DNA of 64,000 bases from Actinomycetota bacterium (GCA_009699865.1 WLNJ01000005.1:2186-66185), one strand, 5' to 3'; positions 47,020 through 58,329 are shown, counted from the first letter of the stretch. Made by a program: numbers and translations. The notes: generated from the letters alone by a model not told the origin.

Positions 47020-47951
47020 CCGAAGACCTCACTACACGCCTCCTCGCGGGCGACCGGCGAGCTCTTGCTCGGGCGATCAGCCTAGTTGAGGACAACGACC
47101 CTGCTGGCTGGGAGCTCGTCAAGGCGATCTATCCGAGGACGGGTAACGCGCGCGTCGTTGGCTTGACCGGAGCACCCGGGGCTGGCAAGAGCACTCTGAT
47201 CAGCGCAATGACAAAGGCGGAGCGGGCCCGTGGTAACACCATTGGCGTTCTGTCCATTGACCCTTCGTCCCCATTCACACACGGTGCGCTACTCGGGGAT
47301 CGCATCCGTTTGACCGAGCACTTCCTTGATCCAGGCGTGTTTATCCGCTCAATGGCTAACCGTGGCGCGCTCGGCGGATTGGCCGAAGCTGCCCTACAGG
47401 CGGCTCTGCTGATTGATGCTGCGGGCCGTGACATCGTGCTGCTCGAGACTGTCGGCGTGGGCCAGGCCGAGGTTGATGTCATCAACCACGCTGACACTGT
47501 CGTACTCGTTCTGATCCCTGGCTCGGGTGACTCGATTCAAGCTCTCAAGGCTGGGATCATGGAGATTCCGGATGTGATCGTTGTCAACAAGGCTGACCAT
47601 CCGCTGACCGAGACCATGGTCCGTGAGGTCCGCGCGGTTTTGGCACTTGGACCTCGGGAGGGTTGGGTGCCGCCGATCGTCAAGACCGAGGCAGTCCACG
47701 ACAAGGGCATTGATGAGCTGATCGAGAAGCTCGACGAGCACCGGGCCTACATTGAGGCCGAGGGCACGCTGGTTGAACGCCGCAAGCGCAACCTCCGGTC
47801 TGAGGTCCTGGCAATCGCGACCGGTCGCCTGCGACGTGATCTTGAGGACCGCATCGAAGCCACTCCCGAGTTCGCCGACCTCCTTGAACAGGTCTCCCAG
47901 AGAAAGATCGACCCTGCCTCAGCCGCGAGTCAGATCCTGGAGGATCTCTAG
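47001..47951 (+). CDS. meaB: methylmalonyl-CoA-mutase-associated G-protein chaperone MeaB/ArgK
   Basis: Contains GDRRALARAISLVE, the P-loop GLTGAPGAGKST, ETVGVGQ and VNKAD. Confidence 0.85.
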   Translation: MAAKGTTEDLTTRLLAGDRRALARAISLVEDNDPAGWELVKAIYPRTGNARVVGLTGAPGAGKSTLISAMTKAERARGNTIGVLSIDPSSPFTHGALLGDRIRLTEHFLDPGVFIRSMANRGALGGLAEAALQAALLIDAAGRDIVLLETVGVGQAEVDVINHADTVVLVLIPGSGDSIQALKAGIMEIPDVIVVNKADHPLTETMVREVRAVLALGPREGWVPPIVKTEAVHDKGIDELIEKLDEHRAYIEAEGTLVERRKRNLRSEVLAIATGRLRRDLEDRIEATPEFADLLEQVSQRKIDPASAASQILEDL

Positions 47952-47995
47952 GCGCAGGAAGTTGCCGTGAGCGTTCCTACGCCCACGCTAACCGG

Positions 47996-49144
47996 CTAGC
48001 AGCCGAGCTTGCGTGCGATGACCATTTGCTGCACCTCATCAGTGCCTTCGCCAATGGTCAAGATCTTCGCGTCGCGGTAAAGCCTGGAGATTGCGTACTC
48101 GTCAATCCAGCCGTAACCGCCGTGGATCTGCACGGCTTCCTCAGCAGCCCAGACAGCAAGTCGGCCGGTCTTTAGCTTGGCCTGCGCGGCCGTGAGGCTG
48201 AAGTCAAGGCCGGCGTCCTTCTCAAGTGCAGCCTTGTAGGTCAGCAGGCGAGCGCCTTCAAGTTCAGCTGAGATGTTGGCGATCTTGGCCTGGATCGCTT
48301 GGAACTTGCCGATCTTCTGTCCAAAGGCAACACGCTCGTTGGCGTAGGCAATCGCAAGGTCAAGTGCGCCTTGAGCAAGGCCGACACCCATTGCGGCCAC
48401 GCCAATGCGGCCAATGTCGAGGATCTTGAGGAACTGCTTGAAGCCCTCGCCGCGTGGGCCGAGGAGGTTCTCCTCTGGGACCTTGCAGTCGGTGAAGGTG
48501 AGAGGGCGAGTATCGGAAGCGTGCCAGCCGATCTTGCCGTACTGCTGGCCTTGCTCATAGCCGGGTGTTCCGTTAGGAACGAGCAGGTTGCTGATCTCCT
48601 TGCGACCGTTGGCGTCCTCGCCGGTTACAGCAGTAATCGCGACAACGCCTGACATGGATGTTCCAGCGTTAGTGATGAACTGCTTTGCGCCGTTGATGTT
48701 CCACTCGCCGCCTTCAAGGTTTGCTCGGGTTTGCGTGTTGCCCGCGTCTGACCCGGCCTCAGGCTCGGTCAGACCAAACGCGCCGAGGAGCTCACCGGCA
48801 CAGAGCTTTGGCAGCCATTCGGCTTTCTGCTCGTCACTGCCGAAGAGGTAGATGGGCTGGGTGCCCAGAGAGGTGTGCGCGCAGAGCGTGATTGCCACGC
48901 TTGAGTCAATGCGGGTTAGTTCCTCAACAGCGAGCGCGTAGGCAAGCGAGTCACCGCCGGCGCCGCCCACCTCCTCGGGGAAGGGGATACCCATCCAACC
49001 GAGCTTGCCCATCTTCTCCACGATCTCTGTGGGGACGCGCTTGTTGTGGTCGATCTCCTCTGCGATTGGGGCGACTTCGCCTTCGGCAAATTCGCGCACG
49101 GAGTCACGCAGGAGACGGTGTTCATCTGAGAGGTCGAAGTTCAT
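47996..49144 (-). CDS. acyl-CoA dehydrogenase
   Basis: 382 aa with GLTEPEAGSDAG, FITNAG and TIGEGTDEVQQMVIAR. Confidence 0.9.
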   Translation of the reverse strand: MNFDLSDEHRLLRDSVREFAEGEVAPIAEEIDHNKRVPTEIVEKMGKLGWMGIPFPEEVGGAGGDSLAYALAVEELTRIDSSVAITLCAHTSLGTQPIYLFGSDEQKAEWLPKLCAGELLGAFGLTEPEAGSDAGNTQTRANLEGGEWNINGAKQFITNAGTSMSGVVAITAVTGEDANGRKEISNLLVPNGTPGYEQGQQYGKIGWHASDTRPLTFTDCKVPEENLLGPRGEGFKQFLKILDIGRIGVAAMGVGLAQGALDLAIAYANERVAFGQKIGKFQAIQAKIANISAELEGARLLTYKAALEKDAGLDFSLTAAQAKLKTGRLAVWAAEEAVQIHGGYGWIDEYAISRLYRDAKILTIGEGTDEVQQMVIARKLGC

Positions 49145-49157
49145 GCTGATGATGTTC

Positions 49158-50603
49158 TCAGGCTGCGAGTGATTCGGCCAGGGTCACGAGCAGACGGACG
49201 CCGAAACCGGCACCGCCCTTCTTGGCGTAAGGGAGGTCGACATCGTCGGCAACGCCGGCGATATCGAGGTGGGCCCAAGGAATTTCATCGCCGGCAAAGT
49301 GGTGCAGGAACTCCGCGGCCGTTGATGCTCCGGCCACACGCTTGCTGGCCGTGTTGCGGATGTCCGCGTAGACCCCTTCGATCATCTTTCTGTACGACGG
49401 GTGCAGGGGCATGCGCCAAAGGGGCTCGCCGCTGCCGTCGGACGCGGCCATCAGCGTGGCCGCCCACTCGTCGTTGTTGGAGAACAGACCTGCGTACGCC
49501 GGCCCGAGCGCGATGTCCATCGCGCCGGTCAGGGTCGCCAAATCGACAATCCGCTTGGCGCCCTCAGCCTTCGCCTTGACCAAACAGTCAGCAAGGACCA
49601 AGCGGCCCTCTGCGTCGGTGTTGTCAATCTCAATCGTCGTTCCGTCTGAGGCGGTGACAATGTCGCTCGGCCTCATTGCGGAGCCTGAGAGGAGGTTCTC
49701 TGTTGCCCCAACCACGCTGATCACAGGGACTTGCACGTTGAGTTCGATGATTGCGGCAGTGGCTTCCAGGACTGCTGCGCCACCTGACATGTCGAACTTC
49801 ATGCCCTCCATGCCAACGCTTGGTTTGATCGAAATACCACCGCTGTCAAAGGTCACGGCCTTGCCAACAAGTGCGAGTGGCTCCGCGGTAACACCGGGCG
49901 GGTTCCACTTCAGGACGATCATGCGGGGCTCGCGGTCAGTGCCCTGGGCGACTGCGGCAAAGGCGCCACATCCTGCGGCGATCAGCTGGGCTCGGTCGAG
50001 GGTCTCAAGGGTCGCGTGCTCGCTCAGCTCAGCGATCTCAGCTGCGCGTGCAGCCAGCGCGTCGGGTGTCATCTCATTGGGTGGTGAGTTCTGCAGGTCA
50101 CGCGCCCGGTTCTGAGCTGCCGCGAGCAGAATCCCGCGGGCAACTGGAACGGTCCGGTCATCGTGATCACTGAACATGACCTCGGCTGCAGGTTCGCGAC
50201 GTTCAGGGTCATTGCCCTTGCGCGTGTCCCAACGGTGGGCTGACAGCGCCATTCCCTCAACAAGGCCTTCGACGGTTGCGTCATCAGCATGGTGGGGGAT
50301 TTCGATGCAGAGGGTCGCGCAGCCAAGTGAGCGGGCCTTGGTTTCGACTGCGGCAGCAGCTCGACGGGCCTTCTCGGGAGTTAGGTCATCGCGCTTGCCA
50401 AGCCCGTAAATGATGAAACGGAGATCGCCACCGTGGGTGACGGCAACGGAGCCGATCGAGGTCTTCGCCTCGCCGCGCTCGACGAGCGAACCGAGGAATC
50501 CATCCTCAAAGTCATGGGCGACACCTTCCCCGTCAAAGACGGGAACTGCAACGGTGTCGGCGCCTGTATCGGTGGGGGCTTGGGTCGTGGCTTCGATGTG
50601 CAT
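49158..50603 (-). CDS. pepA: leucyl aminopeptidase (M17)
   Basis: VGKAVTFDSGGISIKP and the M17 signature NTDAEGRLVLAD. Confidence 0.9.
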   Translation of the reverse strand: MHIEATTQAPTDTGADTVAVPVFDGEGVAHDFEDGFLGSLVERGEAKTSIGSVAVTHGGDLRFIIYGLGKRDDLTPEKARRAAAAVETKARSLGCATLCIEIPHHADDATVEGLVEGMALSAHRWDTRKGNDPERREPAAEVMFSDHDDRTVPVARGILLAAAQNRARDLQNSPPNEMTPDALAARAAEIAELSEHATLETLDRAQLIAAGCGAFAAVAQGTDREPRMIVLKWNPPGVTAEPLALVGKAVTFDSGGISIKPSVGMEGMKFDMSGGAAVLEATAAIIELNVQVPVISVVGATENLLSGSAMRPSDIVTASDGTTIEIDNTDAEGRLVLADCLVKAKAEGAKRIVDLATLTGAMDIALGPAYAGLFSNNDEWAATLMAASDGSGEPLWRMPLHPSYRKMIEGVYADIRNTASKRVAGASTAAEFLHHFAGDEIPWAHLDIAGVADDVDLPYAKKGGAGFGVRLLVTLAESLAA

Positions 50604-50685
50604 GGTTGATCAGCCTATCGCCGGGGCGACATTCCGGCGCGTGACCGTTACCATCCGCGGCCCGACCTTCGAGACCGGAGACACA

Positions 50686-51864
50686 ATGCCCAAGACAGTC
50701 ATTCTTTCCGCAGCACGCACACCGATCGGCCGTATGTCCGGCGGACTCGCTTCGCTGACCGCAGTTGAACTTGGTGGGATTGCCATCGCAGGCGCGCTTG
50801 ACCGTGCCGGCGTGACAGGTGAGCAAGTTGACCATGTCGTGATGGGCACAGTGCTCCAAGCCGGACAGGGACAGATCCCTTCCCGCCAGGCACAGATCAA
50901 CGGTGGTATCCCGAAGGAAGTCACCTCTGAGACTGTCAACAAGGTCTGCGCTTCAGGCGTTCGCGCCGTTGCGATCCTTGATTCCTACATCCGCTGTGGT
51001 GATGTCAACGTTGGTGTTGGCGGCGGCATGGAGTCAATGACCAACGCCCCTTACTTGCTTCCGGGTGCCCGTCAGGGCTTCCGGATGGGCGATGTGAAGG
51101 CTCTTGACGCAATGATCAAGGACGGCCTGACTAACCCATTCAGCGGCAAGCACATGGCCCACGAAGCCAGCGAGGTCTCCGCTGAGATCGGAATGGACCG
51201 CGCTGAGATGGACCGCTGGTCACTACGTAGCCATGAGCTTGCGATCGCAGCAATCGAATCTGGCCGTATGGCAGAGGAGATCGTTCCAGTGACGATCAGC
51301 AGCAAGAAGGGCGACACCATCGTTGACACTGACGAAGGCCCACGCGCTGACACAACCCTTGAACGGCTTGAGGGCCTTTCGCCGATTTTCATGAAGGACG
51401 GGAGCCACACTGCAGGCAATGCCCCTGGAGTAAATGACGGCGGTGGCGCTCTCGTGCTCGCATCAGACGAGTGGGCTGAGGCAAACGGCAAGACTCCGCT
51501 GGCTGAGATTGTCGGACACGCTCAGGTTGCCGGCGACTTCGCCTACCTAGCGACCACGCCCGGACACGCTTCACAGAAGGCACTTGAAGCTGCTGGTCTG
51601 ACTGCAGGAGATATTGATGTGTGGGAGATCAACGAGGCCTTCGCCTCGGTCACCCTGAACACAATCAAGATGCTTGACCTCGATGAGGCCAAGGTCAATC
51701 CCAACGGTGGCGCAGTTGCTCTTGGCCATCCAATTGGGGCCTCTGGTGCTCGGATCATCGGCACGCTCGCGCTTGAACTCAAGCGTCGCGGTGGCGGACT
51801 TGGCATTGCTGCCATCTGCTCCGGTGGCGGCCAGGGTGACGCGATCATCATTCGCGTCTCCTAG
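50686..51864 (+). CDS. acetyl-CoA acetyltransferase (thiolase)
   Basis: From ATG 50686: MPKTVILSAARTPIGRMSGG. Also VNKVCASG, NEAFA and GGAVALGHPIGASG. The 5' part of the 50410 ORF is antisense to pepA and is rejected. Confidence 0.9.
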   Translation: MPKTVILSAARTPIGRMSGGLASLTAVELGGIAIAGALDRAGVTGEQVDHVVMGTVLQAGQGQIPSRQAQINGGIPKEVTSETVNKVCASGVRAVAILDSYIRCGDVNVGVGGGMESMTNAPYLLPGARQGFRMGDVKALDAMIKDGLTNPFSGKHMAHEASEVSAEIGMDRAEMDRWSLRSHELAIAAIESGRMAEEIVPVTISSKKGDTIVDTDEGPRADTTLERLEGLSPIFMKDGSHTAGNAPGVNDGGGALVLASDEWAEANGKTPLAEIVGHAQVAGDFAYLATTPGHASQKALEAAGLTAGDIDVWEINEAFASVTLNTIKMLDLDEAKVNPNGGAVALGHPIGASGARIIGTLALELKRRGGGLGIAAICSGGGQGDAIIIRVS

Positions 51865-51873
51865 GCTGAACAC

Positions 51874-52635
51874 ATGACTGGCCGCGCTGCGGCGTTCTTT
51901 GACCTTGACCGAACCCTGATTGCGGGCTCTGCTGCCTTTGAATTTGGCAGGGCTTCTTATCGGGCGGGTCTCGTACGCCGCCGTGACCTAGTCAAGTTTG
52001 GTCTGGAGAACCTGCGCTTCCGGCTGGTCGGGTCAACTGATGAGCGCACGGACGCTCTGCGCGACAGCATCTCCAAGCAGATTGAGGGCGCGGATGTGAA
52101 GGCAATGCAGCGCCTTGCCCCAGATGTGTTGGCGGGGATCCTGCCCCGCCTCTACCCACAGATGCTCGAGGAGGCGTGGGGCCATCAGGATGCTGGTCGG
52201 TCGATTTACATCTGCACGGCCGCATCGCAGGAGATCGCCTCGGCACTGGCACGGATTGTTGGGTTTGACGGGGCGATCGGGACAACCTCGGAGATTGTTG
52301 ACGGTCGCTATACGGGACGCAGCACAGGCCACTTCACATATCGGGAGGGCAAGGCTGATGCGATGCGCGAGTTTGCCGCCAAGGAGAACATCGACCTTTC
52401 AAAGTCCTACGGCTACTCGGACTCTGAGTCCGACCTGCCAATGCTCCGCGCCGTTGGCTACCCAGTTGCTGTCAACCCTGACCGTGAACTGGCCCGCATT
52501 GCAAAGGACGAGGATTGGCAGGTGCTGACCTTTGAGACCATCGGAAGGCGCCTCGCGCTGGGTGGTGCCATCGGCACGACCGCGTTTGTTGGTGGTATGG
52601 CAGCGATGCTGAACCGACGAAGGGACATTGGGTGA
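51874..52635 (+). CDS. HAD-IB family hydrolase (SerB-like)
   Basis: HAD motif I is AAFFDLDRTLI, with a late DSESDLPML motif. Confidence 0.7.
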   Translation: MTGRAAAFFDLDRTLIAGSAAFEFGRASYRAGLVRRRDLVKFGLENLRFRLVGSTDERTDALRDSISKQIEGADVKAMQRLAPDVLAGILPRLYPQMLEEAWGHQDAGRSIYICTAASQEIASALARIVGFDGAIGTTSEIVDGRYTGRSTGHFTYREGKADAMREFAAKENIDLSKSYGYSDSESDLPMLRAVGYPVAVNPDRELARIAKDEDWQVLTFETIGRRLALGGAIGTTAFVGGMAAMLNRRRDIG

Positions 52636-53762
52636 GCAACATTCTTGGTTTGACCGATGAGGAACGAGAGATCCAAGCCCTCGCTCGCCGCTTCGCGGAC
52701 GAGAAGGTCGCGCCTGGTGCAGCCGAGCGTGACCGGGAGAAGAAGTTCCCCAAAGCGCTTGTCACCGAACTGGGCGAGCTGGGTCTGCTTGGTGTGCCCG
52801 TGCCGGTTGAGCATGGGGGTGCCGGGTCGACATTCACGGCGGCAGCCCTAGTCATCAGTGAGCTGGCCCGAGTCGATTCAAGCCTTGCCGTAACGGTCTC
52901 CGTCCACCTCTCAGTTGGGACTCAGCCAATCCTGCTGTTTGGCACTGATGAGCAGATTGAACGCCTAGTGCCACCGCTGGCGCAAGGTCACAGGCTGGCG
53001 GCGATCGCCTTGACTGAGACCCACGCGGGGAGTGACCTCGGCGCGGTCAAGACCGAATACCGCGATGGCAAACTTCACGGCAGCAAGCAGTGGGTTACCA
53101 ACGGTTCCTACGCGGGCGAGATTGTCGTCGTCGCCAAAGACACTGAGGCCGACGGCAAACTGAGCGCCTTCATCGTCAGCCGTCCTGCTGAAGGAATGTC
53201 CGTGATCGGAGAGCAGAAGAAGATGGGGCTGCACGCCTCAAACACCGCTGACCTAGCTTTTGATGGTGTCGCTTGCGAACGGCTCGGCGAGCCCGGAGCG
53301 GGCATGCGCGTTGCTCTTAGCGTGATGGACGGAGGCAGGATTGGAATCGCCGCACAGGCAACCGGGTTGGCTCAGGGAGCCATGGACCTTGCGATCGAGT
53401 GGGCAAAAGAGCGCGAGGCATTCGGCGGACCGATTGCAAGGCTCGGACAGATCCAAGCCAAGATCGCGGAGATGAGCACTGACATTGAGGCAGCACGCGC
53501 CCTGATGCTGAGGGCAGCAAGGCTGAAGGATGCTGGCGAACCGCACACGATTGAAGGAGCGCAGGCCAAGCTGTTTGCCAGCCGTGTCGCCCGGTTCCAA
53601 ACAGGCGAGGCAATCCAGATCCTTGGTGGCGCCGGCTACATGGAAGACCTGCCAGCCGAGCGCTACTACCGCGACGCCAAGATCACCGAGATTTACGAGG
53701 GCACCAGTGAAGTTCAGCGCATCGTGATTGCCCGCGGTTTGCTGGGCGACGCAGCCCGCTGA
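52632..53762 (+). CDS. acyl-CoA dehydrogenase
   Basis: 376 aa with [17 protein letters not shown] and [16 protein letters not shown]. The GTG start overlaps the upstream stop (GTGA). Confidence 0.9.
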   Translation: MSNILGLTDEEREIQALARRFADEKVAPGAAERDREKKFPKALVTELGELGLLGVPVPVEHGGAGSTFTAAALVISELARVDSSLAVTVSVHLSVGTQPILLFGTDEQIERLVPPLAQGHRLAAIALTETHAGSDLGAVKTEYRDGKLHGSKQWVTNGSYAGEIVVVAKDTEADGKLSAFIVSRPAEGMSVIGEQKKMGLHASNTADLAFDGVACERLGEPGAGMRVALSVMDGGRIGIAAQATGLAQGAMDLAIEWAKEREAFGGPIARLGQIQAKIAEMSTDIEAARALMLRAARLKDAGEPHTIEGAQAKLFASRVARFQTGEAIQILGGAGYMEDLPAERYYRDAKITEIYEGTSEVQRIVIARGLLGDAAR

Positions 53763-53832
53763 AGGGGCCAGTTCTCAGCGCTGGCCGTTCTTGGCAGCCG
53801 CCCTACCGCGTGCGGCCGTAGACTCAACGCCG

Positions 53833-55491
53833 ATGGCAGCCGAACCCCGCTCATTTAGTGACGACCTTGAGCGTTGGCGCAAGGAGACCTTTGAGGCCTC
53901 CAAGGAGCGCGACGTTTCCTTCACCACGCTCTCAGCCGAGCCGGTGAAGCCCCTCTACACCGAGGCCGACCTGTCCGAGGACCGTTCAGCTTCGATCGGC
54001 CTGCCGGGCGAGTACCCCTTCACCCGCGGTGTTTACGGATCGATGTACCGCGGCCGCCTTTGGACGATGCGCCAGTTCGCCGGCTTTGGCACAGCGGAGG
54101 AGACCAATGAGCGCTTCCATTATCTGCTCGAACATGGGCAGACCGGCCTCTCGACAGCCTTTGACATGCCATCGCTGATGGGACATGACTCCGACCACCG
54201 ACTCTCGCTCGGCGAGGTTGGGCGTGAAGGAGTGGCAGTTGACTCACTGGCAGACATGGAGCGCCTCTTCCAAGGCATCCCGCTTGGCGAGGTCTCGGTC
54301 TCGATGACGATCAACGCTCCCGCGGCAATGATGCTCGCTTTCTATGTTGCCGCCGCCGAGAAGCAAGGTGTCCCGGCAGCGCAGCTGGCGGGGACCATCC
54401 AGACCGACATTCTGAAGGAGTACATCGCCCAGAAGGAGTGGTGCTTCCCTGTTGACCCTGCAATGCGCCTAGTGGGGGACATGATCGAATGGTGTTCGAA
54501 GGAGATGCCGCGCTGGCATCCGGTTTCGATCAGCGGCTACCACATCCGTGAGGCTGGTTCGACCGCAGCCCAAGAGCTCGCGTTCACACTCAAGAACGGC
54601 CTTACCTATGTGGAGCAGGCGGTTGAGCGGGGTCTAGATGTTGATGACTTCGCACCGCGCCTCTCGTTCTTCTTCAACGCGCAGATTGACTTCTTTGAGG
54701 AGATTGCCAAGTACCGCGCAGCCCGCCGGATCTGGGCCCGCGAGCTGAAGGAGACCTTTGGCGCCAAGGACCCCAAGTCATGGCTGATGCGATTCCACAC
54801 GCAGACGGCCGGCGTATCGCTGACAGCTCAGCAGCCGCTCAACAACATTGTCCGTACTGCCATTGAGGCATTGGCAGGGGTGCTCGGTGGCACGCAGTCG
54901 CTCCACACGAACTCCTATGACGAGGCACTCGCCTTGCCAACTGAGGAAGCGGTTCGGGTGGCCCTTCGGACCCAGCAGATCATTGCTACTGAGACCGGTG
55001 TGACCAACACGATCGACCCACTCGGTGGGTCCTACGCGGTTGAGGCAATGACCGACGCAATCGAAGCTCAGGCTTACGACTACTTCCGTCGGATCGACGA
55101 GCTGGGAGGCATGGTCGCCGCAGTCAAGGAAGGGTTCCCACAGCGTGAGATCGCCGATGCGTCCTTTGAGCTGCAACAGGAGATTGAGGCTGGACGCAGA
55201 ATTGTCGTCGGCGTCAACGCTTACACCGAGGGCGATGAGGCCCAGACCGACATCCTCAAGGTGCACCCGTCATTGGAGACCAAACAGGTGGAGAGCCTCA
55301 AGGCCCGCAAGGCCAACCGTGATGCAGCCAAAGTTGACGCAACCCTCGCCGCGCTCACGGCCGCTGCCGCCACGGATGCCAATCTGATGCCGTTCCTGCT
55401 CGACTGCGCCAGGGTTGAAGTGACCGAGGGTGAAATGGTTGCTGCGATGCAGACAGTCTTTGGGTCGTACACCGAAACGCCGGTCTACTAA
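53833..55491 (+). CDS. B12-dependent acyl-CoA mutase, large (substrate-binding TIM-barrel) subunit
   Basis: From ATG 53833. Motifs are [42 protein letters not shown] and [16 protein letters not shown]. There is no B12-binding domain at the C-terminus. Confidence 0.85.
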   Translation: MAAEPRSFSDDLERWRKETFEASKERDVSFTTLSAEPVKPLYTEADLSEDRSASIGLPGEYPFTRGVYGSMYRGRLWTMRQFAGFGTAEETNERFHYLLEHGQTGLSTAFDMPSLMGHDSDHRLSLGEVGREGVAVDSLADMERLFQGIPLGEVSVSMTINAPAAMMLAFYVAAAEKQGVPAAQLAGTIQTDILKEYIAQKEWCFPVDPAMRLVGDMIEWCSKEMPRWHPVSISGYHIREAGSTAAQELAFTLKNGLTYVEQAVERGLDVDDFAPRLSFFFNAQIDFFEEIAKYRAARRIWARELKETFGAKDPKSWLMRFHTQTAGVSLTAQQPLNNIVRTAIEALAGVLGGTQSLHTNSYDEALALPTEEAVRVALRTQQIIATETGVTNTIDPLGGSYAVEAMTDAIEAQAYDYFRRIDELGGMVAAVKEGFPQREIADASFELQQEIEAGRRIVVGVNAYTEGDEAQTDILKVHPSLETKQVESLKARKANRDAAKVDATLAALTAAAATDANLMPFLLDCARVEVTEGEMVAAMQTVFGSYTETPVY

Positions 55492-55510
55492 GCATCAAGG
55501 GGGAGAGCAC

Positions 55511-55957
55511 ATGGCAATTCACGGAAGCGCAACAGAGGTCATCAATGCACCAATAGCGGAGGTCTACAAGGTCGCTGCCGACGTTGAGAACTCTCCCAAG
55601 TGGCAGCCCGAGATCAAGGACGTTGAGGTTCTCGAGCGGGACGGCGACGGCAACCAGACGCGCGTGCTCACTGAGAGCGACGCGAAGGTCAAGACTGTCA
55701 AGAGTGAGCTTGAGTTCAGCTACGACGAGCCAAACGGCCTGTCGTGGAAGCAGAAGAAGGGCGACATGAAGTCCGTTGAAGGCTCATGGACCCTTAAGGA
55801 TCTTGGTGATGGGACGACTGAAGCAACCTATGAGATGACTGTCGACATGGGCCGGACACTCGGTCTGGTTATCCGCGGACCGCTCGTTGACCTCCTCCGC
55901 GGTCAGATGGTTGACACCATGCCGGGCAAGCTGAAGGCGTTCATTGAACAGGGCTGA
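55511..55957 (+). CDS. SRPBCC (START/polyketide-cyclase-like) protein
   Basis: 148 aa starting [33 protein letters not shown], the typical SRPBCC N-terminus. GGGGGAGAG lies upstream of the ATG. Confidence 0.65.
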   Translation: MAIHGSATEVINAPIAEVYKVAADVENSPKWQPEIKDVEVLERDGDGNQTRVLTESDAKVKTVKSELEFSYDEPNGLSWKQKKGDMKSVEGSWTLKDLGDGTTEATYEMTVDMGRTLGLVIRGPLVDLLRGQMVDTMPGKLKAFIEQG

Positions 55958-56028
55958 CCGCCCCTCTGGGCGCAAGGGCGGTACGATCCGCCGCGCCCTA
56001 CGGTCCGTACACAGAAGGGCACAAACAC

Positions 56029-56439
56029 ATGACTGAAACAGCCACATCACGCAAGATCCGAGTAGTTGTCGCCAAGCCTGGCCTTGATGGTCACGACCGT
56101 GGCGCCAAGATCATTGCCCGCGCCCTGCGCGACGCTGGCATGGAAGTCATCTATACGGGCTTGCACCAGACTCCAGAGCAGATCGTGGAGACCGCGATTC
56201 AGGAGGACGCCGACGCCGTTGGCCTTTCAATCCTGTCTGGAGCACACATGACCTTGGTCCCAAGAATCGTCGAACTCCTGCGCGAGCAGGACTCAGGCGA
56301 CATCCTTGTGACAGTCGGAGGCACAATTCCTGCCGACGACATTCCCGAACTGAAGGCTCTCGGCGTTGCCGAAGTATTCACGCCGGGCGCCTCCACGCAG
56401 GCGATTATCGACTTCATCCGCGGCGCAGTACTGGCCTAG
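56029..56439 (+). CDS. acyl-CoA mutase small subunit (cobalamin-binding domain)
   Basis: 136 aa. [25 protein letters not shown] carries the DxHxxG B12 motif, followed by GLSILSGAH. Confidence 0.85.
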   Translation: MTETATSRKIRVVVAKPGLDGHDRGAKIIARALRDAGMEVIYTGLHQTPEQIVETAIQEDADAVGLSILSGAHMTLVPRIVELLREQDSGDILVTVGGTIPADDIPELKALGVAEVFTPGASTQAIIDFIRGAVLA

Positions 56440-56484
56440 GAGAAGACTGGAAAGAACCAACCGGGGGACTGGTACGTAAACTCA

Positions 56485-56513
56485 TTGACTCGTCAGTCAG
56501 TTTTCGACACTAT
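56485..56513 (+). promoter_or_regulatory. putative sigma-70-type promoter of the etf operon with an embedded inverted repeat
   Basis: TTGACT (56485-56490), a 17-nt spacer, then CACTAT (56508-56513). This is about 45 nt upstream of the etfB ATG. The -35 region and spacer contain TGACT-cgtc-AGTCA. Confidence 0.35.
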
Positions 56514-56557
56514 TCAACCCGCCCCATCCCGACAAGCAACAGGAGGACGAACACGCC

Positions 56558-57358
56558 ATGAAGATTTGCGTCCTGGTTAAAGAGGTACCGGACGCCGCAG
56601 TGGACAAGAGAATCGACCCAGCAACGGGCCGTCTCGACCGCAGCGGTGAGACCAACCTCAACCCATACGACACACACGCGATCGAAGCAGCAATGCAGAT
56701 CCGCGAAGACGAAGGCAACGGCATCGAAGTAGGCGAGATTGTCGCCGTAACGATGGGCCCATCGGGTGCAGAACGCGCACTCCACAAGGCCGTATCGCTC
56801 GGTGCCGACCGTTCGATCCACCTTTCAGACGACACGCTTGCAGGCAGCGACGTGGCCGCAACCGGCTACGCCCTTGCCAAGGTTCTCGAGAGCGAGAACC
56901 CTGACCTGGTCCTTCTCGGCCAGCAGTCAGATGACGGCGAGTGCTACACGATCGGCGCAGTTGTGGCCGACCACCTGAAGATGCCATCCGTGACACAGGT
57001 AGTGAAGATGGTCGTCACGGCAGGAAACGCCAAGTGCGAGCGTCAGGCCGAGTACGGCTACGACACCGTGCAGGTTGACTTCCCGGCTGTTATCTCAGTT
57101 GGCGATGCCATCAACGAGCCACGCTACCCATCGCTTAAGGCGATCATGGGCGCCAAGAAGAAGCAGCTGGATGTCAAGTCCGCAGGCGACGTTGGAATCG
57201 ACGCAGGCCGTGTTGGAACCGATGGTTCCAAGGTTTCCTGTGGCGACTTCAAGGCTCCGCCCGCAAAGGCAGCAGGTCAAATAATTGAAGACGAAGACAC
57301 CAACGACACGGTCGCACAGATTGTGGCGTGGCTTGAGGAAAGGAAGCTGATCGCATGA
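56558..57358 (+). CDS. etfB: electron transfer flavoprotein beta subunit
   Basis: Starts MKICVLVKEVPD, then NPYDTHAIEAA and LLGQQSDDG. AGGAGGA lies upstream. Confidence 0.9.
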   Translation: MKICVLVKEVPDAAVDKRIDPATGRLDRSGETNLNPYDTHAIEAAMQIREDEGNGIEVGEIVAVTMGPSGAERALHKAVSLGADRSIHLSDDTLAGSDVAATGYALAKVLESENPDLVLLGQQSDDGECYTIGAVVADHLKMPSVTQVVKMVVTAGNAKCERQAEYGYDTVQVDFPAVISVGDAINEPRYPSLKAIMGAKKKQLDVKSAGDVGIDAGRVGTDGSKVSCGDFKAPPAKAAGQIIEDEDTNDTVAQIVAWLEERKLIA

Positions 57359-58329
57359 GCAGCGTTCTCGTATACGCACTCCACAACAATGGAGTAATCA
57401 ACAAGAACTCACTCGGGGCAATCTCCGAGGGTTCACGTGTTGCCGGCGAGCTCGGCGGCCAGTGTGACGTCGTCGTTGTTGGCGGCGCAGACCTGACCAA
57501 TGACGTACTTGCCGCCCTTGGCAACTACGGCGCCAAGAAGGTCTACAAGGTTGACGGCGCAGAAGGCCTCTCTCAGCCAGTGATCGACGCAATGGCACAG
57601 CTTGTTGGAGCCAATGGCTACAACTACGCTCTCTTCGGAGGCGGACTGCTGGGCTTCGAGATCGGCGCAGGACTGGCCGCACGTCTCGATGCCGGTGTGA
57701 CCATGGAGGTCACAGCCATCAACGTTGACGGTGGCAAGGCAGTCGCAGAGCGTCCGATTCTCGGTGACTCTCAGATCTCGATCTCCAAGTACCGGAGCGA
57801 CCTGGGCATCATCATCGGCCGAATCAATGCGTTTGAGGTCAAGGAGAGTGGCGGAACCGCTGAGGTCGAAGATCTCGCAGTGACGTTCTCCGAATGGACC
57901 AGCCGCGCAACGATGGTCACTCGCGGCGAGCAGCGCGGTGCTGACATCAACATCGAGGATGCAAAGGTACTTGTCGCTGGTGGGCGCGGACTTGGTGCAG
58001 CAGAGGGCTTCCAGCTCTGCGAGGACCTTGCTGAGTCGCTCGGTGGCGCTGTTGCCGCAACCCGTGCGGTTGTGGATGCGGGTTGGTTCCCGTACGCAGG
58101 CCAGATTGGCCAGACAGGCAAGACCGTTGCTCCGAAGCTCTACCTCGCTGCTGGCATCTCAGGTGCCATCCAGCACAAGGTGGGCATGCAGGGCTCGGAG
58201 AACATCATCGCCATCAACAAGGACGCAAACGCTCCGATTTTCGAGTTCTCGGACCTCGGCATCGTTGGCGACCTGAACGCGATTCTGCCCAAGCTGACTG
58301 AGGCCATTAAGGCCAAGAAGGGAAGCTGA
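57355..58329 (+). CDS. etfA: electron transfer flavoprotein alpha subunit
   Basis: The C-terminal FAD motif is [31 protein letters not shown] overlap with etfB. Confidence 0.9.
   Translation: MSSVLVYALHNNGVINKNSLGAISEGSRVAGELGGQCDVVVVGGADLTNDVLAALGNYGAKKVYKVDGAEGLSQPVIDAMAQLVGANGYNYALFGGGLLGFEIGAGLAARLDAGVTMEVTAINVDGGKAVAERPILGDSQISISKYRSDLGIIIGRINAFEVKESGGTAEVEDLAVTFSEWTSRATMVTRGEQRGADINIEDAKVLVAGGRGLGAAEGFQLCEDLAESLGGAVAATRAVVDAGWFPYAGQIGQTGKTVAPKLYLAAGISGAIQHKVGMQGSENIIAINKDANAPIFEFSDLGIVGDLNAILPKLTEAIKAKKGS

Noticed and set aside
49411-50115. 234-aa plus-strand ORF opposite pepA
   Set aside because: It is antisense to an M17 aminopeptidase that carries the NTDAEGRL signature.
50410-50685. 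5' extension of the thiolase ORF
   Set aside because: It overlaps the pepA 5' end on the opposite strand. The thiolase consensus N-terminus begins at ATG 50686.
53728-53832. 5' extension of the mutase large-subunit ORF
   Set aside because: It overlaps the 3' end of the preceding acyl-CoA dehydrogenase. ATG 53833 is the first start after that gene's stop.
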